Notes under the pieces: generated by a model
The model's database searches: none
Seen by the model: only the letters and a program-made list of their open reading frames with translations
Told to the model about the DNA's origin: nothing
Sequence record: DRR378314_1550
Direction: 5' to 3' (one strand)
DNA: 64,000 bases
Shown here: positions 47,433-57,626 of the stretch, one piece after another
Layout: the number at the start of each line of letters is the position of its first letter
Numbering within the stretch: position 1 is the first letter of the stretch
Position numbers and translations under genes: made by a program

Positions 47433-49057
47433 AATTCATTCTCCTGTAAGTAATTCTGGTATTGCTCACGTAATGTATTTTTTATTAGCTTGCCGGTTCC
47501 GGTGTGTGGCAGTTTGTCAACGAACACCACGTCGTCCGGCATCCACCAGCGTGCAATTTTTCCATCTAAAAAGTTTTTAATGTCCTCTTTCGATAAACTT
47601 TCGCCTTTATTCAGTACAACCAGCAGCAGAGGGCGTTCATCCCACTTAGGGTGTTTTACACCAATAACGCAGGACTCATTAACGGCCTGGTGCTGGCTGA
47701 CAAAGTTCTCTATATCTAGAGAACTTATCCACTCGCCACCGCTTTTAATCACATCTTTTTTACGGTCGACTACTTTCATAAAGCCTTCTGGGTCGATAAC
47801 AGCAATGTCACCTGTAGCTAACCAACCGTCGGGAAAGCTACTTAAATCGTCATTACGAAAGTACTGCGAGGCTATCCAGTGTCCACGAACTTGCAGCTCC
47901 CCTCGGGTTTCACCGTCGTTTGGCAAAGGGGTGTCTTCGGCATCAACAATGCGTTGTTCGATACCGAAAACTGGACGTCCGGCTGTGGTTTGTAACTTGT
48001 ATTGTTCTTCTTTAGGGCGGTGAATGACGTCGGCCTGCGGTGGCACCGAATGAACCAAAGGTCCGGTTTCCGTCATACCCCAAATGGGTTGCCAGTAAAC
48101 GTTATATTCCTGGTCGTAGGTTTTTACCAGTCCCATAGGTGAAGCGGCACCACCAACGCAAACACGTTGCAGCGATGGAATATCCAGTGAGTTTTCACTG
48201 AGATAATTGTGCAAAGTGAGCCAAATGGTCGGTACACCTAAACCCACAGTGACATTTTCTGTGCGTATCATCTCAGTCATTGCCTCACCCGAGGTACCGT
48301 CGCCAGTGAACACTAACTTACAACCGGATAAAGGCCCGGCGTAGGGCGTCCCCCAGGCGGCTACGTGATACATAGTGACCATAGGCATCAGTACGGTATC
48401 GCTGCGTAGGTCGAGCATGTCGGCACTGACGGTTGCCTGGGCGTGTAGCACCATAGCTCGGTGTGAGGCCAGTACGCCTTTGGGGTTGCCCGTAGTGCCC
48501 GAGGTATAACAAAGCAGCGCCGCGCTGTTTTCATCAACGTCTGGCCAGTCATAGTCTTTAGGTTCTGATTCCAGAAGTTCTTCATAACAAAGCACATTCT
48601 TAAGCTTGGTATTCGGCATGTGATTTTTGTCGGTCATCACTACAAAGCCTTTTACCCCGGGCAGCTCGTCTTCAATGGACTCGAGTAGCTCGACAAAACT
48701 TAGGTCGACAAATACCCAGCCGCTCTCTGCATGGTTCAGAATCCACGCAATTTGCTCGCCGAATAAGCGAGGGTTTACGGTATGCATGACCGCGCCGCTG
48801 CCACTTACGGCATAATAAAGCTCCATGTGACGGTAGGTGTTCCAGGCCAGACTGGCAACACGCTCGCCGGGTTGTACCCCCAGCTTTTGTAATGCGTGGG
48901 CTAATTGTCCGCTTCGTTGCCAGCATTCGGCATAAGAGTAGCGGTGAATGTCACCCTCCAGCCGTCGGGTGACAATTTCTTGCCGAGGGTGGCGGTTTGC
49001 TGCAAATTTCAGTAAATCGATAATTTGCAGTGGCCGCTTCATCATATTTCCTAACAT
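47429..49057 (-). CDS. Acyl-CoA synthetase (AlkK/DmdB-like)
   Basis: YTSGTTGNPKG, WGMTET, TGD, DRKKDVIKSGGEWISS, TGK. Confidence 0.92.
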   Translation of the reverse strand: MLGNMMKRPLQIIDLLKFAANRHPRQEIVTRRLEGDIHRYSYAECWQRSGQLAHALQKLGVQPGERVASLAWNTYRHMELYYAVSGSGAVMHTVNPRLFGEQIAWILNHAESGWVFVDLSFVELLESIEDELPGVKGFVVMTDKNHMPNTKLKNVLCYEELLESEPKDYDWPDVDENSAALLCYTSGTTGNPKGVLASHRAMVLHAQATVSADMLDLRSDTVLMPMVTMYHVAAWGTPYAGPLSGCKLVFTGDGTSGEAMTEMIRTENVTVGLGVPTIWLTLHNYLSENSLDIPSLQRVCVGGAASPMGLVKTYDQEYNVYWQPIWGMTETGPLVHSVPPQADVIHRPKEEQYKLQTTAGRPVFGIEQRIVDAEDTPLPNDGETRGELQVRGHWIASQYFRNDDLSSFPDGWLATGDIAVIDPEGFMKVVDRKKDVIKSGGEWISSLDIENFVSQHQAVNESCVIGVKHPKWDERPLLLVVLNKGESLSKEDIKNFLDGKIARWWMPDDVVFVDKLPHTGTGKLIKNTLREQYQNYLQENEL

Positions 49058-49080
49058 GGTTACCTTCCCTTACTGCCGGG

Positions 49081-50373
49081 TTACAACATGAATAAGCCAA
49101 TGGCCACGGCGAGGCCCATTAACGGCACAACAACGGTTACGGCTGCGACAGCCCAATAAGCGGCACTGTGTTTCTCGTTACAAATAGCGCGAATAGTGGT
49201 AACTACGTAGCCATTGTGGGGCAGCGAGTCGAGCGCTCCTGAGGAGATCGAGACAATGCGGTGCAGTTGCTCGGGGTTAACGCCTGCGGCCATATAATGC
49301 GGTCCTACTTCAGGTAAGGCGATTGCCTGACCACCGGATGCCGAACCGGTTAACCCAGCAATAACGCTCACTGCAACCGCTGCGCCCACCAACTCATTGC
49401 CTGGCAAGCTGGTCATGGCAGTAACGGCGGCATCAAAGGCAGGCGTAATCTTGGCGATACTGCCAAAGCCAACCACTGCCGCAGTATTACCAATAGCCAC
49501 TAAAGCCCCTGTGGTAGCTTCATGAATAGCGGTTTGGGGTTTGTGAAAATGTTTAAAGTTAATAACGGCAATAGCAATTACACCGCCCAACAAAGCTACT
49601 ATCAGGGCGTTTTGCTGCAAGGTGTCGTGAAAGGTAAAAGAGAGCCCCAGAACAACTAACAGTGGAATTAAGCCACTAATGGGTGAAGGCAATTTCCGCT
49701 CCAGCAATATCGGGTCGCCTTCACGTGCTTCAAACTTCTCACCATTAGCTATGGCGCGGTTAATAATCTTTCTTAACCACCAGTAGCCAAAGGTTGCCAT
49801 TAATACTGCGACTACCAAACTGACTTCCCAGGCAGCATAAGGCGAAGTGCCGAGGTATTTTACGGGTATCCAGTTCTGGATTTCCGGTGAACCTGCTGAG
49901 GTCATGGTAAACGTGACAGAGCCAAAGGCCAGCGCCGCCGGAATGAAACGACGAGGTAGGTTAGCGTCTTTAAATAAGCTAAGTGCCATTGGGTAAACCG
50001 AAAACGCGACAACGAAAACGCTGACACCACCATAGGTTAAAATGGCGCAAGCAAGAACGACCGCGAGTACTGCCTGTTTACGGCCTAGCTTGTTGATGAT
50101 CCAACGGGCGACACTGTCGGCAGCGCCGGTATCCTCCATAAATTTGCCAAACATTGAGCCGAGTAAAAACATAAAAAACCAAGCGGCGACAAAGCTGGCA
50201 AAGCCGTCCATGTAGGCACTGACAAAATTCACATCACCTGTGAGTAATGGAACGCCGCTGCATAAAGCGACTATAACAGCGCATAGAGGGGCACTGATAA
50301 ACAGGTTCATCCCTCTTAAAGTGAGTACGATAAGCAACACAAGGCCGCCAACCAAACCAATCATACTTAACAT
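49081..50373 (-). CDS. GntP-family permease (3-hydroxybutyrate-permease-like)
   Basis: LTYGGVS.FVV.F, GSPEIQN, TGSASGG, LDSLPHNG. Confidence 0.85.
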   Translation of the reverse strand: MLSMIGLVGGLVLLIVLTLRGMNLFISAPLCAVIVALCSGVPLLTGDVNFVSAYMDGFASFVAAWFFMFLLGSMFGKFMEDTGAADSVARWIINKLGRKQAVLAVVLACAILTYGGVSVFVVAFSVYPMALSLFKDANLPRRFIPAALAFGSVTFTMTSAGSPEIQNWIPVKYLGTSPYAAWEVSLVVAVLMATFGYWWLRKIINRAIANGEKFEAREGDPILLERKLPSPISGLIPLLVVLGLSFTFHDTLQQNALIVALLGGVIAIAVINFKHFHKPQTAIHEATTGALVAIGNTAAVVGFGSIAKITPAFDAAVTAMTSLPGNELVGAAVAVSVIAGLTGSASGGQAIALPEVGPHYMAAGVNPEQLHRIVSISSGALDSLPHNGYVVTTIRAICNEKHSAAYWAVAAVTVVVPLMGLAVAIGLFML

Positions 50374-50588
50374 GAGTTACCTCGCAACGAAAAGAAAACG
50401 GGCCATGCTCTGAATCGCTGCATGGATGTATTGTGCGTGATAAATGAATTTGTCCCTATAGTACTATGGTACAGATCACAATCTTAACAATTTGCGCTAG
50501 GTTATTAAGCAGCCATGACTCTGAACCGTTAAATTGCTGTAAACGGAAATAACAAATACAAATGACATAACTTGTCAGGGGAACAACA

Positions 50589-52796
50589 ATGAAACAACCC
50601 AACTTTCAGAAATCACTGATTGCAGTAGCGGTAACCACTTTTCTGGCAACTCCTGCTGCTTTGGCGCAACAAAATGACAACGCGACAGCTGATGATAGTA
50701 AGTTAGAACGAATTGAAGTCACTGCACGCCGCACCACCGAAAGTTTGCAGGAAGTGCCGGTTTCAGTCAGTGCTTTTGGCGAAAAAGAGCTGGAACAGGG
50801 GGGAATTGAAGACATTACTGAGCTTCAGTTCAAAATGCCGAACACCACTTTTCAGGTAAGCCGGGGTACTAACTCTACGTTAACCGCTTATATTCGCGGT
50901 ATTGGTCAGCAAGATCCCCTTTGGGGCTTTGAACCGGGCGTTGGCATCTATATCGACGATGTATATGTTGCCCGTCCACAGGGCGCTGTATTAGAAGTTC
51001 TGGATGTACAGCGTGTGGAGGTTCTGCGAGGCCCTCAGGGCACCTTATATGGTAAAAATACCATTGGCGGAGCCATGAAGTACGTGACCAGAGAGCTCAC
51101 GGGCTACAACGAATTTGAGGTTAAAGGCACGGTCGGTACTCATAATCAGCGCGATTTGAAAGTATCGGGGCAAACAGCCTTAGCAGATAACTTCTATATT
51201 GGTGGTGCATTTGCGACTCTTAATCGTGATGGTTTTGGTGAGTTCGTTAATACCGGTGCTGAAAACTATAATAAAGAGTTAATGACTGGGCGTATTAATG
51301 CTAAATGGCTGGCTTCCAAAGATGTTTCCGTGAAGTTTGCGGCAGACTGGACGCAGGATGATTCGAATGCAAGAGGTGGTCATCGCTTACAACCGAGCCT
51401 ATTAAGCACAGAGCCTGCATTGGACGATGTGTTTGATTCTTACACTGCAATGCCAACCGACAACAGCGTTGAAACCGAAGGGTACTCAGTAACTGTCGAC
51501 TGGGATATTGATAATGCCTGGGCATTTAAATCGGTAACGGCGTATCGGGAAGGTAATACCGACACGAATATTGATTTTGATTCTACGGTGAATCCGGTTC
51601 TGCTGGTACCTGCTGTTTATGAAGATGAGCAGACCACGCAGGAGTTTCAACTTAACTACAGCAGCGCCCGATTCAACTTTATCAGTGGTCTGTACTTCTA
51701 TGAAGGCGAAGCTTGCGGAGTTTTTGGTACCGTACTCGGCTTACTGAACTTAACTATTGATAACGGCGGTTGCGTTGATACCTCAAGTGCGGCTTTATTC
51801 GGTCAGGGAACTTACCAAATAGATGATCATTGGGCTTTGACCCTGGGCGGACGCTATACTCGAGATGAGAAAGATGCCGATGTTTTCCGTTACACCTATG
51901 CAGGGGTTAAATTTTTAGATCGGGGCGATTACTCAGCTGATCCCATTGCCGTGAATTCAGATTTCAGTACAAAAGCCGACTGGAGCAAGTTCTCTCCGCA
52001 CGCCAGTATCCGTTATCAAATGGATCCAAACTTGATGTTTTATGCAAGTTACAGCAATGGCTTCAAATCGGGTGGAGTCGATATGCGTGCTGATGTATCA
52101 CTAAACCCGGATGCTGAGAACCCCTATGACCCCGAAGTTGTTGATACCTTCGAGCTTGGAGTCAAAAGTGAATTACTTGATGGGCGTTTAAGGTTAAACG
52201 CTTCGACTTTCTATTCCGATTATCAGGATATGCAAGTTACGGTACAGCGCGCGGTTTCTAATGGTGTGGCTTCACAGGTATTGAATGCAGCGGATTCAAC
52301 TGTGAAAGGGGTTGAGTTTGAAGGTAGTTTTGCTGCAACATCAACGCTGAACTTTACTGGGTCCGTTGGCTACATCAACGCCGAGTTCGATGAAGTGGCA
52401 TTCTTTAATCCAAACACTCAGCAGGTTGAAGATGTTTCAAACCGTTGGTCATTTCCCAATACTCCGGAGCTAACCGCTAATCTGGGCTTTAATCAGGAAT
52501 TCATGTTGTCAGGTGGAGCGCTTGTTTGGTCAGGCGCTGTATCCTATCGTGATGAAACTCAAATATTTGAAGAGCCTTCCCCATTAGATGAAGAATCTTA
52601 TTCATTAGTGAACACCAGTCTAGTGTGGTATTCAAGTTCGTCGAACTGGACGGTTGGTCTCCATGCAAAAAATGTATTTGATAAAGAGTACCGTTTATCA
52701 GGGTATAACTTTGGCTCGACCTTTGGAGAAAATATTGTGACGGGGTATTACGGTAATCCGCGTACCGTATCGCTTTCAGTCGGTTATCGTTTCTAA
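50589..52796 (+). CDS. TonB-dependent receptor
   Basis: ERIEVTARR, IRGIG, RVEVLRGPQGTLYG, C-terminal GYRF. Confidence 0.95.
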   Translation: MKQPNFQKSLIAVAVTTFLATPAALAQQNDNATADDSKLERIEVTARRTTESLQEVPVSVSAFGEKELEQGGIEDITELQFKMPNTTFQVSRGTNSTLTAYIRGIGQQDPLWGFEPGVGIYIDDVYVARPQGAVLEVLDVQRVEVLRGPQGTLYGKNTIGGAMKYVTRELTGYNEFEVKGTVGTHNQRDLKVSGQTALADNFYIGGAFATLNRDGFGEFVNTGAENYNKELMTGRINAKWLASKDVSVKFAADWTQDDSNARGGHRLQPSLLSTEPALDDVFDSYTAMPTDNSVETEGYSVTVDWDIDNAWAFKSVTAYREGNTDTNIDFDSTVNPVLLVPAVYEDEQTTQEFQLNYSSARFNFISGLYFYEGEACGVFGTVLGLLNLTIDNGGCVDTSSAALFGQGTYQIDDHWALTLGGRYTRDEKDADVFRYTYAGVKFLDRGDYSADPIAVNSDFSTKADWSKFSPHASIRYQMDPNLMFYASYSNGFKSGGVDMRADVSLNPDAENPYDPEVVDTFELGVKSELLDGRLRLNASTFYSDYQDMQVTVQRAVSNGVASQVLNAADSTVKGVEFEGSFAATSTLNFTGSVGYINAEFDEVAFFNPNTQQVEDVSNRWSFPNTPELTANLGFNQEFMLSGGALVWSGAVSYRDETQIFEEPSPLDEESYSLVNTSLVWYSSSSNWTVGLHAKNVFDKEYRLSGYNFGSTFGENIVTGYYGNPRTVSLSVGYRF

Positions 52797-52803
52797 CTGC
52801 CTT

Positions 52804-52843
52804 GCCGGCGTTACTAGATTGACCGGTAACGCTGGCTTTTTTT
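52804..52843 (+). terminator. Rho-independent terminator
   Basis: GCCGGCGTTAC...GTAACGCTGGC followed by T7. Confidence 0.85.
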
Positions 52844-52894
52844 GCTTAAGTCGATAGCATGGTTATGAGACATCAATTAACCGCGGCAGGAAGT

Positions 52895-53545
52895 ATGGCC
52901 AGAGCAATTATCGCTGACGACCACCCACTTTTCAGGGCAGCAATGAAACAGGCTCTAAGTGAGAGTTTAGAAAGTGATATTATTGAAGCATCTAGTTTCT
53001 CCCAGCTAGAGCAGCAACTGCAACAATTTCCTCAAATTGAATTGGTTTTCCTCGATCTCTCTATGCCTGGCAACCGGGGATTAACTGGCCTTAGCGTTTT
53101 ACGAAGTCAATTCCCTGATATTCTGGTTGTTATTGTTTCTGCTAACGAAGATACCCGAGTCATACGTCAAGCTATGGCACTGGGAGCCAGCGGCTATATC
53201 CCCAAATCGGTTCCATTGCCTGAATGGCAAACGGCAGTGACGACCGTCTTATCGGGAGATAACTGGTTACCGGAATCTATGCGTACCGTAAGTTTAACCG
53301 AGCCAGATGTTGAAATGAGCGACTTCGCCAATAAGCTAGAAAAATTGACGCCGCAGCAGTTTAAAGTTTTACAATGTATCGCAGACGGCTTGTTGAACAA
53401 GCAAATAGCTTATGAGCTTGGAGTTCAGGAAACGACGATTAAGCAACATGCATCGGCTATCTTACGTAAACTTAAATGCGTTAACCGCACTCAGGCGGGT
53501 ATTCTTTTTCGTCAAATGCTAGATACGCCGGATACGCTTGAGTAA
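52895..53545 (+). CDS. NarL/LuxR response regulator (CrbR/ErdR-like)
   Basis: ADDHPLFR, LDLSMPG, LTPQQFKVL..GLLNKQIA. Confidence 0.9.
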   Translation: MARAIIADDHPLFRAAMKQALSESLESDIIEASSFSQLEQQLQQFPQIELVFLDLSMPGNRGLTGLSVLRSQFPDILVVIVSANEDTRVIRQAMALGASGYIPKSVPLPEWQTAVTTVLSGDNWLPESMRTVSLTEPDVEMSDFANKLEKLTPQQFKVLQCIADGLLNKQIAYELGVQETTIKQHASAILRKLKCVNRTQAGILFRQMLDTPDTLE

Positions 53546-56500
53546 CCGTTTGAGAGCTCCACTTTTCAGGGGTTTGGGAATAAAGTAAGCATTGGCCTCT
53601 AATGCTTGCTCCCGTAATAGCTCATCGGGGTCAGCTGAGTTGATGATAGCTGGCGTATTGCTGTTCCATAGTTTTCTGATGCTAACGACTAATTCAATTC
53701 CTGTATTACCATTGTCTAAATGATAGTCGGCCAAAATAAGATCGCAGGGTGGGTGCTTCCTGGCTTGATCAAAGCTGCTTGCGGTCATCGTTTCGGCACC
53801 CCAGTCGGTCAATAAACCTGCGGTTGCTTTTAATACACCGGGATCGTTATCAATGACTAAAACTCGCATATCTTTCAATAGTTTTTCGTCAACTGAGTCG
53901 TTTTTTATAACGACTGGCTGAGGTTCTTTTTGCCAGCCGATTACAGGCAAAGTTAGGCTGAAAGCGGTTCCTTTATCCAGCGTGGAGGACAAACTCAAGT
54001 CAATTCTCAACAGCCTGCACATACGCTCAACAATAGAAAGTCCAAGCCCTAGGCCTGGGTTGTCTCCGCTGGACTGCAATTGATGAAACTCTCGGAATAT
54101 TTCTGTTTGCTTATGTTCAGGAATACCTGAACCGGTATCGATAATGCATATTGTTAAGTGTTGCTGGTGTCGGCGGAAGCCCAAGACAATGCGACCATGC
54201 TGAGTATAACGCAAAGCGTTAGAAAGGAGATTTTGAATAATGCGGTTGAGCAGTTTCCTGTCGGTTTTTACTAAAGCGGAACTTTTGTGGTAGTGAAAAC
54301 GCAGTTGCTTTTCTTTTGCCATAGCCTGATAACGCTCAACTAAGGGTAAGAGCGCCTGATCAATAGAGAATTCCTGATAATCAGGTTTCAGATTTCCCGC
54401 ATCGAGTTTTGTCATATCGAGCAGCATGGTGAGCAACTCTTCGGCGTGATCAAGAGAACGTTGAATATTGACTGCTAAGGGTAGATATTCGTTAGGTAAT
54501 CGGGATTGCAGCATTTCACAAAATAGACTGGCGGCATTAAACGGCTGCATTAAGTCGTGGCTGACTGCTGCGAAAAAGCGAGATTTACTTTCATGAGCTT
54601 TCTCTTCTGCTTCTTTAGCTGACAATAGTTGCTGTGTGCGTTCATCAACTCGTTCTTCAAGCTCCTGATTGATTTTTTGCAACTGCCTTTGTGCTTCCAC
54701 TCGCTCAGTGATGTCACTGTAGGTTGTAACAAAACCGCCACCTGGCATTGGACTTCCCTGCAGTTCGACAGTTAACTCACCTTGTTGACGCTGATAATGA
54801 TAGGTACTGCCAGTACGCAAAAAATTAAGACGCTTTTGAATTTCTGCCTCTACATCAGCATTTTGTGAGTTACTCAGCAGACCGCGGCGGGCGTTATAAC
54901 GCAATAGTTCTTCAACCGGCATACCGGCACGAACTAAACCATCGGGGTAATCAAATATTTCCAGATACCGTCTATTCCAGGCGACTAATCTGAGCTTTTG
55001 ATCTACGACGCTGATACCTTGCGGAATGTTTTCTACCGAAGCTTGTAACAGTTCGCGATTAAACTGATAGAGTTTGGAAGCTTCTGTGGCCCAGTCAACC
55101 ACACGGGATACTGGAAATTCTTGTTGCTCAGATACGGTATCCAGTAACAAGCGGCTGGCCGAAGTTCCGATGACAGCCGATAGTTCGCGTTCGATACGCA
55201 CTAACATAGGGGCTGGCACCATAGACTGACCTTCCGGAGTTAATAGATCCATTCTTAAACGCCGTTGAATAGCAGCTAATTGCCGGTCGTCATAAAACCT
55301 GGACAAGAGTGAGCGTAACCGGGCCCAAGTGAGGCTGGGTTGCTGTTCATAGTCGTCGCTGCTTTGAATGCTTTGTAGGTCAGTCTGAACGTTCTTACTA
55401 ATTAAAGAAAACAACCAAAAGCAGATGAGGTTTGCGCCCAGGCTTATCAGCACGCCATTGGCAATATCTATATCGGTAACTTGTGGTTGTAGTCCAATAG
55501 ATGGAACGAGTAATAGTATGACCCAGAGCGCAGTGCCAACTACCAGTCCCACTAATACTCCGGTTTGAGTTGCACTATGCCATAATACGGTGGCGAGTAT
55601 CGCTGGTGTAAGTTGGGTTAATAAAGCTAGAGATAAAAGACCGGAATTCACTAATGGCATAGATTCAATGGTGGCTTGATAGTATAAGTACGCCATAAAC
55701 ATGACCACAACCATCGTCATCCTTCTAATGGAGAGGATTCGGGTTGGGGTGAAACTGAATTGCCGTAGTTTCTGCCGGGTCATACGCAGCCAAATGGGCA
55801 TGACAACATCGTTTGAAACCATAATACTCAATGCCAGTAAGGCAATAATAACCATACTAGTGGCGGCTGATAACCCACCAATAAAAGCAATAAGGGTTAT
55901 ATCCGGGCGATCCATCATCAAGGGTATTACCAGCATGAAAGTATCTTGATTTGCTAGCTCCGGAGCCAGATGTAAGGCGCTTAAAGACAAAGGTAATATA
56001 AAAAAGTTAATCGCGAAGAGATATAAAGGAAAAGCCCAACGGGCAGTTTTCAATTCATCTGAATGTGTGTTTTCGACATAACCAACGTGAAATTGACGTG
56101 GTAGAGAAAACATCGATAGGCCACCCAATAACATGTGCACGGCGAAGACATAACCACCGTATTCTCGTCCTGCTAAAACGTCTTGGGTATGCTGTGTTTC
56201 GAAGCTTTTTTGAAAAAGGTCTGCCAGGCCATCAAACACAGTATAGCTGGCGAATAAACCCACAATAATGAAAGCCGCTAGTTTCACCAGAGATTCGAAA
56301 GCAATGGCATCCATTAAGCCGGAGTGTTGTTCTGCCAGGCTCAAACGACGTGTACCGAAGAGAAACCCGAAACCAATCATGGTTAAGGCAACCAGAAATG
56401 ATAAGTCAAATATCCATGAAGGGTTAGTATCAAAGCCCGTAACAGTGGCAAAGCTTGAGGTTACCGCTCGGAGTTGTAGAGAAATATACGGCACCACAGC

Positions 56501-56866
56501 AATAAAGGCTGTAATAGCGACAACTCCAGCCAACACGGGAGACTTGCCATAGCGTGTTCCAATAAGATCAGCGATTGACGTGATATTCTGGTGTTTACAG
56601 TAGTTGAGAAGTTTCAACTGTAAGCTGTGGAGCAGAATAAACACGATAATAGCGCCAACATAAGTCGGCGCAAAAGCCCAGCCATAATAAGCAGACTGAG
56701 TGATGGTTCCAAAAAAAGCCCAAGAAGTACAATGCACCCCTTGGGCTAATGAGTAACGATAAGGCCTTACTCGGTTTGATGCGCCGCGGTCACCGCGATA
56801 GGCAATGCTGAATAGAATCGTTAAATAAGCAATTGCAGCAAAAACGGTGACTTCAATGCTCAACAT
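53519..56866 (-). CDS. SLC5 transporter-PAS-histidine kinase-REC hybrid (CrbS/MxtR-like)
   Basis: CTSW.F.G, PYISLQL, AIAFES..KL, LPRQFH, PAS, SHDLMQP, NALRYT, GLGL, REC domain. Confidence 0.92.
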   Translation of the reverse strand: MLSIEVTVFAAIAYLTILFSIAYRGDRGASNRVRPYRYSLAQGVHCTSWAFFGTITQSAYYGWAFAPTYVGAIIVFILLHSLQLKLLNYCKHQNITSIADLIGTRYGKSPVLAGVVAITAFIAVVPYISLQLRAVTSSFATVTGFDTNPSWIFDLSFLVALTMIGFGFLFGTRRLSLAEQHSGLMDAIAFESLVKLAAFIIVGLFASYTVFDGLADLFQKSFETQHTQDVLAGREYGGYVFAVHMLLGGLSMFSLPRQFHVGYVENTHSDELKTARWAFPLYLFAINFFILPLSLSALHLAPELANQDTFMLVIPLMMDRPDITLIAFIGGLSAATSMVIIALLALSIMVSNDVVMPIWLRMTRQKLRQFSFTPTRILSIRRMTMVVVMFMAYLYYQATIESMPLVNSGLLSLALLTQLTPAILATVLWHSATQTGVLVGLVVGTALWVILLLVPSIGLQPQVTDIDIANGVLISLGANLICFWLFSLISKNVQTDLQSIQSSDDYEQQPSLTWARLRSLLSRFYDDRQLAAIQRRLRMDLLTPEGQSMVPAPMLVRIERELSAVIGTSASRLLLDTVSEQQEFPVSRVVDWATEASKLYQFNRELLQASVENIPQGISVVDQKLRLVAWNRRYLEIFDYPDGLVRAGMPVEELLRYNARRGLLSNSQNADVEAEIQKRLNFLRTGSTYHYQRQQGELTVELQGSPMPGGGFVTTYSDITERVEAQRQLQKINQELEERVDERTQQLLSAKEAEEKAHESKSRFFAAVSHDLMQPFNAASLFCEMLQSRLPNEYLPLAVNIQRSLDHAEELLTMLLDMTKLDAGNLKPDYQEFSIDQALLPLVERYQAMAKEKQLRFHYHKSSALVKTDRKLLNRIIQNLLSNALRYTQHGRIVLGFRRHQQHLTICIIDTGSGIPEHKQTEIFREFHQLQSSGDNPGLGLGLSIVERMCRLLRIDLSLSSTLDKGTAFSLTLPVIGWQKEPQPVVIKNDSVDEKLLKDMRVLVIDNDPGVLKATAGLLTDWGAETMTASSFDQARKHPPCDLILADYHLDNGNTGIELVVSIRKLWNSNTPAIINSADPDELLREQALEANAYFIPKPLKSGALKRLLKRIRRI

Positions 56867-56868
56867 AA

Positions 56869-57483
56869 CTAATGGTCCTGGTGATCCCGGAACACGGGCA
56901 GTGACCAGTTAAACTTGATTGCTCCAAGTCTAATGAGCAAAGTTGAGGTCATGCCCGCAGCTAATGCTATTAAAGGTTGATAGGGCACAATCAGGACATA
57001 AACGGTAGCGCCGATAATACAGGTGGTGGCGTACAGTTCGCTTTTTAAGACCATTGGAATATCGCGTGCCAGAACATCACGCAACATGCCGCCAAAACAG
57101 GCCGATATAGTGCCCATGATGATAGCGATAAAGGGCGGAAACCCCGCTGATAGAGTTTTCTCCGCGCCCATAGTCGCAAAAAACGACAGACCAATAGCAT
57201 CTGCAACCATTAGTGTGTTCATAGGAATATAGGCTCTGAACCGCAGCCATATAATAGTGAGCAGGGCGGCGACAATTATGGTGTACAGATAGACAGGGTC
57301 ATGTGTCCAGAAAACCGGTAACCCAAGAATGAGGTCGCGCGTTGTACCGCCGCCAATTGCTGTTGCTGAGGCTAAAACGAGTACACCAAAACCATCCATC
57401 TTTTTGCGAAACGCTAATAACGTACCGGCTACCGCAAAAACCGCGACACCGGCATGGTCTGTCCAGTAAAATATTAATTCCAT
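56869..57483 (-). CDS. TRIC/UPF0126 (YadS-like) membrane protein
   Basis: GGGTTRD and FGGMLRD repeats, ELYA. Confidence 0.9.
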   Translation of the reverse strand: MELIFYWTDHAGVAVFAVAGTLLAFRKKMDGFGVLVLASATAIGGGTTRDLILGLPVFWTHDPVYLYTIIVAALLTIIWLRFRAYIPMNTLMVADAIGLSFFATMGAEKTLSAGFPPFIAIIMGTISACFGGMLRDVLARDIPMVLKSELYATTCIIGATVYVLIVPYQPLIALAAGMTSTLLIRLGAIKFNWSLPVFRDHQDH

Positions 57484-57626
57484 GAGTCATCAAAAAGTAG
57501 CAATGGTATGGCTTAGTTTGTCATTAACCTTTATGGATTCCCAGCACAAATTGATTGGCTATTTAGACGTCATAATTTTATGATGGCACCAATTTAAAAG
57601 CTGCTGTTGGGCTAAGGAACAGCAAA

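Noticed and set aside
57585-57602. Sigma-54 promoter (TGGCAC) upstream of the bEBP gene
   Set aside because: No GC-like -12 element.
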